From: Naegleria gruberi
Taxonomy: Eukaryota
Reading direction: 5' to 3' (one strand)
Length of the DNA stretch: 64,000 bases
NCBI GenBank assembly: GCA_000004985.1
Contig: GG738871.1
The translations under genes were made by a program, and so were the position numbers. Each line of letters starts with the position of its first letter. Position 1 is the first letter of the stretch. Positions 34,799 to 44,913 of this stretch are shown piece after piece. The notes beneath the pieces were generated by a model. It ran no database searches. It was not told the origin of the DNA and was given only the letters and a program-made list of their open reading frames with translations.

Positions 34799-36712
34799 CT
34801 AATGTTGCAGGTAATCATGATGAACACGACCAGCAGGCATGATCATGTCAACCTTAAAGTTAAAGGCACCAACAACTTGCTTGACAGGGAGATCACTAAT
34901 TGGAGCGTTAACGTGAGGAATGAGTGCAAGCTTAGCATCTCCCTTATAGGCACTAGTTACATTTAGGTTGGCATGTTCCATTCTAACCAATTGAACAATA
35001 GCTGGATCACCACGAACGTCAGGAATATGCTTTAAGAATAATTGAGGAGTGGACAAGTAGGAAACGACATCTTCGAAAGCCATTCTTTCATACTTGTAGG
35101 ACATTGTACCAGTTGCAACTCTGCAACCATTGCAATCCAATGTACCCTTCAAAGTATCTTGAGTTGGAGCGAATGTAATACCATCACAGAACTTTTGAGG
35201 TAAACCAAGACATTCTCTACCATATGTAATTGGAGATGAAGAATCCAAGAAACTCATAGTGTTAAAGTGGATAGAGTTACCTTCGTTATCAGTACATGGA
35301 ACAATCAAGTCAACCTTGTAATAACTACCAATACCAGTACCATGAGTATTGACGAATTGAAGAATTACAATATTGTCTTCATTTGGAGTGAGTTGATCTG
35401 GAATCTTTTCCAACAAAGATTCTCTATCTGTTACATATTTGATAACCATGTATTCTCTGTCTTGGAGCTTTGAAGCAGATGGCTTATAGGATGGACATGT
35501 TACTGGCATTGCCAATGACTCTTCTGTAATTTTCTTTTCGGTAAAGATTGATCTGTATTGACCTGGTTGGACAAACATTTGGTGGAATTTTTGAGAAACA
35601 GCCTTATTTTCTTCAGTTGGTTCGAGATAATCATGCAAAACATTACCGTATGGCAACAAGATATCAGCCATCATGTGTTTACCTTGAATAACCTTCTTGA
35701 CAGGCAAATCAGCAACTGGTGCATTAACATTTTCAACCAAGTGCAATCTAGCTGGACCTTCAAAGGCAAAATGCAACTTTTTAACTTGCAAGTTATATGA
35801 AACAATTTGGGCAATCTTTGGCTTGAAATCAACATCAGGAATAATCTTCAAATTAATATTGGTCTTTCCCATTGATTTCAAAACAGTATCATGATCAAGT
35901 TCAGTGTGTTTGTAAGCCATTGTACCTTGAGCAACAGTTTCTCCCTTATATTTCATAACACCAACAACTGTATCTTGAATACATTTCATGGATGGGTGAG
36001 CATGTTTTTTCTAATTATATGACACAATTAATATTTCCATTTTGCTTCCGAGATTTAAAACTTACAGGAAAACCCCAAATTTCACGACCTTAATATTTAC
36101 AAGTTATTGACACAAATTAGATAATTGTTGAAATACTACTTACCAGCAGCAATTGGTGGTTCAATATCCAAATACATTTGGAGAGTAAGATTAACTGATT
36201 CTCCATTATAAGTGCAAGGAATGACAATACCTGATTCGGAATACTAACAATTAATTCATCATATATATTAAATTCTCAAAATCATTAATATCACTTACAG
36301 ATCCGAAACCAGAAGAGTCTGGCATGTTAATCCTTTAAAGAAGTTAATATCATTTCTGTAATTAAAAACACATACCATTCATACAATACATGACTATTTT
36401 CATTAGGGACAAGTGGTTCTGGAACCAAAGCACGAAGAGCTTCGGCATCAGTTTCATACGTAACAATAAAGTATTCTCTGTTCTTGAAAAAGTATGGTCC
36501 TAATATCAATATTATTGTAACCGATGAAAATATATGAAATAACAATGATGAATGATAACAAAGATGACAAACTTACCTCTCGGATAAGAAGGAGACATAA
36601 TAGGAGTAGAAGGTAATCCCAAAATCATATCCTTGGTAAATTTACCCTTCTCTTTACCTGGTTTAATAATTGATTTGAATGCTCTAGCAAAAACTGAAGG
36701 TGAAACTCTCAT
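34799..36712 (-). CDS. Tandem double acetoacetate decarboxylase-like (ADC/MppR family) protein. Five exons: 36577..36712, 36376..36499, 36300..36333, 36144..36243, 34799..36010. The start may instead be the upstream ATG at 36772.
   Basis: Domain 1 ([96 protein letters not shown]...DLPVKKV...DYL) aligns along its length with Clostridium ADC ([36 protein letters not shown]...NEPAIAVGRE...DLPVKEI). Domain 2 ([39 protein letters not shown]...DLPVKQV...DYLQH) is a second complete copy. Confidence 0.7.
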
Positions 36713-37173
36713 TGTGTTTACTTGTTCGTTTTTTTTTTCAGTGTGTTGGAAATTAAGAAAACTAGTCCTCACTTAGTTTTTGATCTCGGAGGTTGCAGCC
36801 TGGTGGTGAGGTGGTTAAATGATTCGTTGTTATTATTGCAAGAGTTGGATATTATGCACTGCAGTAGAATTTGCCTGATAAGGAACAGTGGAAACATTTG
36901 AAAAAAAGCGAGAATTTTTCGCGTTTTTTTGTGATTCTCGCCATTTACAGTAGAACTTACTAAGAGGGTGTTGAATAATTCAATGTTCGTTGTAATTGTT
37001 ATGGTGATTGACCTCCATTAATTCAATATCATCTTTCAGATAGACTCTCACATTTTATTTTACGTATCCACTCTGGTTGGCTTAAAGAAGAATCTAACCA
37101 TCTATTATAAAATTCATTAATGTCAAATTTTAAAAACACATTAAGCTAACTTAAAATAACACAATTTAAAACG

Positions 37174-37215
37174 AATGGGGACCAGTGGGAATCATACCAC
37201 TAGACCATGGTCCCT
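37174..37215. other. tRNA-like hairpin fragment (possible tRNA-derived relic), not a complete tRNA.
   Basis: Minus strand reads GGGACCATGGTCTAGTGGTATGATTCCCACTGGTCCC. The TGGTCTAGTGGTATGATTC part matches the D-arm region of tRNA-Glu/Gly, but the anticodon and T arms are absent. Perfect 7-bp and 4-bp stems. Confidence 0.2.
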
Positions 37216-37517
37216 TACATCAATAATGTGACTGTAAGACATGTAATCTGTTTCCATTTTTGTTTGAAACAAACAAGGGTGTTGTGGGGTTAATTAATTT
37301 TTTGGCTGGCAAGTTGATGTACAATCATGTTGACATTTTGTTATGAAATTGAAAAGCTTAAATAAAATTTGTTGTTTGTTGCAGATGGGATTCATTGAAG
37401 AATGGATTTTTTGCTGTTTTTTTAACTTATTGGAAGAGGTTGAACATTTAATGATACAATGATTGAGTTTATTATTCACATTTGTTTTAATATAAATAGA
37501 GATACAATGATATATAA

Positions 37518-39612
37518 TTAGTGTTCATATAAAGTGGCGAGATTAGAAATAACTTGTTGCTTAACTTGTTCACTTTCAACTGCGAGGACAATCTTTCTAA
37601 AGACCTTCTTTTTCTTCTTCTTTTGATTGTTGAGGGATTTCAAATTTTCTTCAACTGAAACTTCTTCATCTTCTGTTGGAGCTGATGAAGCAGCTTGTTG
37701 ACGAGTCTTTTCAGTTTCGGCCAAATACTTGGTGAGAGCTTTACCAAAAGCAACACCCAATTTAGAGGAGGAAACTTCATCGTCCTTCTTTAACTTTTTA
37801 AAGAATAATTCTTCACACAATGGAAGACCTAGACTACCAACAGTATCTTGTTTCAAAGCTTGAATCAATGCAGAAACATAGGTTTCAACCAATGAATCCA
37901 AACTAGCATCAATACCTTCTTCTTCCTTATAGGCAACAGCAGTAGCATTGAAGAGATATCTATCAAATTCAGGATCAGCCTTTTCTTCTTCAGTCAATTC
38001 AACTGTAGAGACAGAGTGTTGAAGAGCTCCCTTTCCTTGATTGGCTTGTTGGAGTTTCTTTTCAGTGGACTTTTCAGGTTCCTTGACTTCAATACGTGGT
38101 CTTTCAGCAGATTGCAATCCTTCAAATTTACGAAGAGTAATCAATACATCGAGAATGGCATCAACAAAGAGGCCCTTAACACCTTGTGGATTAACAACAA
38201 TGTTAACCAACTTCTTTTCTTCAATGTGCTTAGTGGAACATAATCCTAAATATTGGAAGAATTCCTTAGCAATTTCCAAGTTTGCCTTTGGATTGGCTCC
38301 ATCAGAAAGAATGTGAGCAATCTTGAACTTGTCACCAACAACTTCCAATTCACCAACATAGAGCAATTTCTTGCCCTCTTTTTGAACAATAAAGTATTGA
38401 CCTCTATCATTATAGAATCCATAAACTGAATCAGTATCAAAAGAGAAGCTATGTTTCATCAATTCTTCATAGGATAACATGAGTAAATTTTCTGGAACTA
38501 CTTGCCAAGCACCTTGTTCCATTTCTTCCTTTCTCTTTTGTAACTTTTTAAATCTGGAATATCTTTCCAAATCAGCTTCTCTTTCTTCCTTTGTCTTTTT
38601 ACCTCTTGAACGAACATCAAGTTTAAGCTTTTTCAAATCATTAGCTTTGAGGAATTGTTCATCATCTTCAGTCAATTCTTTTGGCTTTCTTCTAACCTTA
38701 ATTTGTCTAACATTAGACAATTTTGAAACCAATTCCTTCTCCGATTCCAAACTAGCAACTTGCTTATTTTGATTTGGAGTCAATTGTTTAATATGTTCCC
38801 AAACCTTCTCAATCACAATGGTTTGTTTGTACAATTTTCTACAATCAATACCACGAGATTTGAACAAGACTTTTTCAGAGGCTGTTGTTGGTTGATCTTC
38901 TTCATTATTGGCGCCAGAATTTGATGCCTGTTGATTGAGTGCGTAGGTAGCTGAATTGGCTCCGTGTGTAGAGGCATCGTGACGAGCGTACAATTGATTC
39001 AACAAGGCTTCCCATACCACTTCGTGATGGACAATGGTAGAGATACGGAATCGACGACATGTAAGTTCAATGCTCAGGGCAATGTCACGTGCTGAGAGGA
39101 AGGAGAAGATGTTGGCGAGAACGTGATCATTGGATCCACTTTCTGTGATTGGACTTTAAAAGTTGGATCGAATTGAATAATCAATATAATTATTTTGTTG
39201 TTTATATATTATTATTATTATTATCATCATCATCATTAAACAATTAATAATAATAACAAATAAAAATTATATTATTAATATTAATTAGTTAATTAGTTAA
39301 TGATTATTATAAAACTCACGTAAAAACACCCAAATCTTTAGGTTTCGAAACTTTAAACTTTTCTTCACCTGCATCTCTTTCAATGACCATAGTAATGGTT
39401 TGATTATTCTTTACTGATAAATCCCACAAGGAAATCTCATTGGATGTTAATTCTACATTGTTAAAATAACAAATCACTTTATCTGTTGGTGTCAAGTTGG
39501 TATGTTGATGGACAAGACGTTTAATGTCAGCGATTGAGGTTGAGTTTTCAACATCATCAAATTTTAGTGAATCTGCAATGTTGGCACCTAAGAGTCTGAT
39601 GAAGAGTCTCAT
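37518..39612 (-). CDS. Ubiquitin-like-domain plus F-box protein with a large C-terminal domain of unknown function and Lys-rich C-terminus. Exons 39320..39612 and 37518..39153; 166-nt AT-rich intron GTGAGT...AAAG.
   Basis: Exon 1 reads MRLFIRLLGANIADSLKFDDVENSTSIADIKRLVHQHTNLTPTDKVICYFNNVELTSNEISLWDLSVKNNQTITMVIERDAG (beta-grasp-like). Exon 2 starts PITESGSNDHVLANIFSFLSARDIALSIELTCRRFRISTIVHHEVVWEALL (F-box). Confidence 0.5.
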
Positions 39613-40022
39613 TTTGTGTGGAGTATATTGCAGGTTGTTGTTGTGGATTTTTTTTTTGTGTAAAGTCGTTACAGTTTGTCGAGTTGAAAGATGACAGCGA
39701 AATGATGGTTGTCAAAAGAGGAATTTTTTGATTACAGAAGAACTTTTTGATGCTTGAAGAACCTGAATGGCAACACCTCATTTGACTCTCAATTTTTATG
39801 TATTTAATATTAATAGGTGATTATTCTAAATGTTTATTCGAAAGTGGGTGTGAAAACTATGAGAGAAAGGTCAATAACAATTTCTGATTCCAACAATCAA
39901 GTTTCACATATATTCCAAGTTCTTTCGATTACTTTATTCGAAACCAATCAACAAACAAGCTCAACTGGAAGATTTTGAAATTCAACTTTCCGCTGCTTTC
40001 ACCCATCACCACTCAACAAAAA

Positions 40023-41446
40023 ATGACTCGATTCAAAAGATTTTCAATCTTTGGCTCAGGATCAAAGAGAAACACAACCCGAGGTTCGTATATCACTAAT
40101 TTCCATTCGCTCATGACGAATTAATTGCTTCATCTCTATTCATCATCATTAATTTCTCAACAATATTTCATTCCGATGATGATAATATATTTTTTATGAT
40201 GAAATAATATTTTGCTGATTCTGATTTTTTTAATGATGATGAATAATATTAATAATAATAATTAATTACAGATTTGTTGTCGGATGAAGAAAGATGGGCA
40301 CAAGAAGAGGAAGAAAAGAAGAAACTCCTTCAAGTATCATTAATACAAAACGAAGAGATGAAGAAGGATGTTGAAACATTGTTGGACAACAAGATGAGAA
40401 ATTGGGTGAATGCAACTGAAAAGAATAGATTGTATCAATCGATAGTGGTCGATAGTTTGAGTGAGGAAGAAAAGAATCATGTCAATTATTGTCGATCCAA
40501 GTATTTGAAATTGAAAAATCAGATACAAATTGGAAATGAAACAATTACAATACTGACACAGAATAGGACTGTGAGTGAGAGATTTTTCTACATGTTTTTC
40601 AATCCAAGTATTTTAGAGATACCTGTAGATTGGAAGGTTGGATTAAAACCATTCATGAAGATTAGATTATTGTTCACACCAGTTCAGGTTGGAGAGGTGA
40701 CTAATTTTCATGCCTTGCTGTTGGTTGGATGTTGGTGTTTGGAGTGGGATAAATCATCTTCTCTGGTGATTGTTAAACAGTTGGATATTACTAGAGTGTA
40801 TTTTGCTATTGATTTGGAGAGATTGACAAGTGAACAAGCTATTCATGAGTGCTTTAATAAGATTTCACAAGAGTGTTGTTTGTGGAATGGATCTAAGGAG
40901 TTCAATGCTAAATCTTGTAATAATCAACATTGTAAGTATATTGTGATGAACTTGTTTTAAAATGAATGAATATCTAATATGAATATATTCATAGTCATTC
41001 TTGCCTTGTTGGATAAATTGAAAATTTCACACAACTTGAAAGGATTATCAAAGATTTATTTTGACACATTGCTGGAAAATGGATCAAGTGCAATGACATT
41101 GAAATTATCGGATGAACTGAAAGAACTACTCAAGATTGATTCAATTACATTTAATACACATCAAGAATTGGACCAATTTACAAAAACAATACACGATTCG
41201 AATCCGTACTATTTTTCACAATACATTTCTGATGAATTGTTGTTGAAATGCTTTGATGAACAATTTTGGTATCTGAGAGATGCCAATGCCAACAATACAA
41301 ATGCTCCACTGATGGAAAATGAAGAATGTCAATGCTACTTTAACAAGAATCAAACTAATTATAACGAGTATGTCAATAAGGGAAAGACTGTAAATAATGT
41401 CTTTTGTTCAAGAAGTTTAATTCCACCAATGCCACTCAGATTTTAA
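40023..41446 (+). CDS. Protein of unknown function. Exons 40023..40083, 40272..40931 and 40995..41446.
   Basis: MTRFKRFSIFGSGSKRNTTR/DLLSDEERWAQEEEEKKKLL...SCNNQH/FILALLDKLKISHNLKGL... The splice sites (GTTCGT...CAG, GTAAGT...ATAG) restore a single frame across ORFs 40274..40960 and 40979..41446. No recognisable domain. Confidence 0.45.
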
Positions 41447-41574
41447 TAAATTATTATTATTAACTAAAACATTCTTTGTGATAGAGATCAATAAATATAT
41501 TGAGAAATATTCATCATAACAGACTCACAAGTTTTATTTCATTGACAAAATTGGTTTCAAAATTGTTCCTTCAC

Positions 41575-42765
41575 TTATTGCTTGTAGGTATCAACTGGCT
41601 TCTTATAGGTATCGACTGGCTTCTTGTAAGTGTCAACCTTCTTTGGTGGCTTATAAGTATCGGTCTTCTTTGGTGGCTTGTAGGTATCAACCTTAGTACA
41701 AACTCTCTTCTTCTTAGCACAGACACTCTTATCAGCGTGCTTTCTACAGACTCTCTTACCTCCAACAAAGTTGTACTTGACACAGATCTTTTGACCTGGT
41801 GACTTCTTGACACAATGCTTCTTGAATGATCTCTTAATACATCTTGGCTTCAATGTCTTGTATTGAGTACAATATGGCTTGGCAACATAGTCACAACAGA
41901 ACTTATCTTCTTTGTAAGCCTTACAAACTCTAACCTTTTCTTTGAGATCACAGAATTTGCTTGGAGTCCACTTGGTACAGAACTTGGTCTTTTGCTTGGC
42001 AACGCAATACTTTCTTTGGACAACCTTAACACATTTCTTTTCATAACCAATCTTCTTGGCAAACTTGACGTTTTCATATTTGGTACAGGTCTTCTTCTTG
42101 GCATATTCAACACAAATGGTACGATGCTTCTTTTCCAAAACTTGCTTATAGTAATGATCGATCCAACCCTTGTAATGTTTCTTACTGACTGGAACCCATT
42201 TAGCAACAGTTCTTGAGAGTTTCTTATATTTGGCACAATATTGATGAACAGAGTATTTGGCACATCTCTTCTTATGGAAATACTTAATCTTTGGAACGTA
42301 GGTTTCAGCAGCACATCTTGATGACTTGTCATACTTGGTACAAATGAAATGATAAGCATATTCATCACAAGCATTATTCTTTCCGTGGTGTTTGCACAAT
42401 TCCTTCCATTCATATTTGGCACAAATCTTGTGCTTAGTAACCTTTGAACAGAATTGCTTATAACCGTGACCCAAACAAATCTTTTCAGCTTTGCTGTACT
42501 TGTCACACTTGTGAGTCTTCTTATATTCCAAACATTTACCCTTTCCAACAGTCTTCCAATCGCAGCACTCTTTCTTGGTACCAACCCATTCATAATCAAC
42601 ACATTTACCTTGGATAGTCTTGTAGTGAGTACACTTGTTGTAGCAATACTCTTGATGATCAGAATAGGTATCAACCTTCTTGGAAGGAGCAGGAGCTGGG
42701 TTTGCAAGAACCATACTTGCTGCCAATACACTCAAAACGATTGCAATGATTATACTTGTTTTCAT
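41575..42765 (-). CDS. Secreted, highly basic Lys/Cys/Tyr-rich repeat protein with C-terminal KPPKK(T/V)DTY / KKPVDTY repeats.
   Basis: Signal peptide MKTSIIIAIVLSVLAASMVLA. More than 20 Cys in recurring (K/H)xC(x)KY motifs (CDKY, CAKY, CTKY, CVEY, CTQY). Tail is VDTYKPPKKTDTYKPPKKVDTYKKPVDTYKKPVDTYKQ. Single 396-aa ORF. Confidence 0.6.
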   Translation of the reverse strand: MKTSIIIAIVLSVLAASMVLANPAPAPSKKVDTYSDHQEYCYNKCTHYKTIQGKCVDYEWVGTKKECCDWKTVGKGKCLEYKKTHKCDKYSKAEKICLGHGYKQFCSKVTKHKICAKYEWKELCKHHGKNNACDEYAYHFICTKYDKSSRCAAETYVPKIKYFHKKRCAKYSVHQYCAKYKKLSRTVAKWVPVSKKHYKGWIDHYYKQVLEKKHRTICVEYAKKKTCTKYENVKFAKKIGYEKKCVKVVQRKYCVAKQKTKFCTKWTPSKFCDLKEKVRVCKAYKEDKFCCDYVAKPYCTQYKTLKPRCIKRSFKKHCVKKSPGQKICVKYNFVGGKRVCRKHADKSVCAKKKRVCTKVDTYKPPKKTDTYKPPKKVDTYKKPVDTYKKPVDTYKQ

Positions 42766-43146
42766 TTTGTTTTTTTGATGTTTGTTCTGGATGAGTTGGT
42801 GTTTGACTTTTTATACGAAATTCAATGAAAGAATGAAGAAGCAAACAAGTGTCGACTATCAATACAAATACGTGTTTTGTGAAATTATGCTATTGATTCA
42901 TATTTGTAACTTTTCGTGAATGTTTGAGTTATTCCCTAAAATGGTTAGAAAGGTGAAGTACAATATTAAAATATTAATTTTCTAAAAATTTCTAAAATCC
43001 TCCATAATTCGTTTGAACCGTTTCCTCCAATCATTCCCATCATTAAATTACAAAATCTACTCTCAATAATCTTAATAAATAGATGAACTTTAAATTTCTA
43101 ATATGGCCATATTAATTGTCAATAAAAACGAAATAGAAATTACCTA

Positions 43147-44483
43147 CTATTCAAAGTTTTTTCTATCACAGTGTACCAACTTTTCCACAGCATCGGGTCT
43201 TTCTCTACAGTAGAGTCCTAACTTGAAAATTTCATTAGAGGCTCTTAATAAACCATCTGAGTGAAATTGATCTCTAGTTAAAGTATTTCGTTCCATTACA
43301 TAATTCTTCATTGGCTTGTAATATTCGAGCTTGTGTACTTGGAGTCTACAAATTGGACAAGAATTATTTACAAGAATCTTATCAAATGAGAAAATTTCAG
43401 GTTTTTGAGTGAAAAATCCAGAGTCATCCTCATCTCCAATCATCTCTTCGTCTTCCATCTTCTCTGCAAATTCTGAAACACAACCAGAACAAAAGCAGAC
43501 GTGATGACAAGGAATACATCTGTATTCACATGGATTATCTCTACAAATGACACAATTTTCACTAGCAAGATTGAAATCATCCTCTAAAATGGTCACTGCT
43601 CTAGTACTGCTATCATTTTCAACTTGTGAATTATTTCCTTGATTCGTTAATGAGGGTAATAGCTATGGTTGAATTGTTCCAATTATTATTTGATATTTCA
43701 TTTCAAAATCATTCCAAAACATACATTTACAACTTTTGCCAATTCATTTTCCAAATATTCCTTATACTTTTTCAATTGTGAAAGATTCATTCGTGATATA
43801 TTATTGGCCACTCGTGTGATCCTCTGATTTCCCAATGTAGTAATTAATAGTTCAATACTATTCATTGTTCTCCTCTCTCTATCAATCTGATCCAATGTCT
43901 TGTACAAATGAATTAGGTGATATCTAACCTGATAGCAAGAGACAATCATCAGAATGGCATACAGAGTATTTCGGAGGGAATCTTCAAAATAAATTCCATT
44001 AATTGCAATATAATACACAATAAACCAAGTATGTGGAACCACAAAGTACAAGCAACAGGCAGTCAGTGGCGTAATCAATTTATAAAAGGCCATTCCCACA
44101 TATCCCATCAATCCATAAATTACAACTCTATCCAATGCAACTTCCGATAATCTCTTACCCATTTGCTCACTCATAAACAGAACATTAGCACCACCATTAA
44201 TTGATTGATAATTATCATCAGCAGCAGCACCACTACTACCACTACTACTATTACCAACACTACCATTCATCATTAAATTATTTTCCAATGATGTCGACGG
44301 TGGTGAGGATGATGTAAGAAAAAGCGAGGGAACATTAAAAAAATATACAGCAATCATGTAGAACAAGATGGAACGCACTACTGGATTGGTGAGGAAGGTT
44401 ATTGTGGGGATTGCTACTCGAAGTATACTTCTAGAAGATTCCGATCGATTTGATGCAACTATGCGTCCTAATAATTGATCCAT
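43147..44483 (-). CDS. Membrane-anchored RING-finger (C3HC4) E3 ubiquitin ligase-like protein. Exons 43725..44483 and 43147..43662; 62-nt GTATGT...ATAG intron.
   Basis: N-terminal exon has several hydrophobic helices (FLTNPVVRSILFYMIAVYFFNVPSLFL, VIYGLMGYVGMAFYKLITPL, FVVPHTWFIVYYIAINGIY). It splices in frame into ...NDSSTRAVTILEDDFNLASENCVICRDNPCEYRCIPCHHVCFCSGCVSEF...CPICR. Confidence 0.6.
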
Positions 44484-44913
44484 TTTTTAATTAGATAATA
44501 TATTATTGTGCTGAAATAATTGAATTATATATTATTATTAATTTATTATATTTAATATGCTATATAATTGAGTTTAGTTCGAATAATTTATTGCTCAGTT
44601 ATAATTTGCTGTGAATCCAATAATCAAAATTTTTATGGTATGACTTCTTCATAAGGAGTTTGTGTTAAATCATAATAACACATGATGATTGTAAAATTCA
44701 TCTTTCCAAAAGATCAATTTTTAACTGAAGGATCTCCAAATCCTCCATGACTGGAGTACATGCGCATTTTCAAGAGTGACACTTGTCATGCACTAAAAAC
44801 CAAGAGGAAAAACCCTTTCTTTATTGAGAATGCTAAGGTGTTAGTGCATTTAACCAGAGCAATAGGGCAAAGAAAGAAACGGTTCATAGGATAAGCACAC
44901 AAAAAAAAACAAT

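Noticed and set aside
37170-37220. Possible tRNA gene.
   Set aside because: Only a D-arm-like segment is present. No anticodon stem-loop, T-arm (GTTCGA) or 3-prime acceptor completing a ~72-nt cloverleaf. Kept only as a tRNA-derived hairpin.
39160-39300. Candidate microsatellite or coding low-complexity (attattattattatc atcatcatcatt...).
   Set aside because: Lies inside the 166-nt intron of the Ubl/F-box gene. Simple AT-rich repeats of this type are common in introns and spacers; no evidence of function.
41850-42731. 293-aa minus-strand ORF overlapping the K/C/Y-rich gene in another frame; plus-strand ORFs 41863..42216 and 42454..42828.
   Set aside because: The frame beginning MKTSIIIAIVLSVLAASMVLA has a signal peptide and the coherent repeat structure. 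The others are read-through frames of the same Lys-codon-rich sequence.
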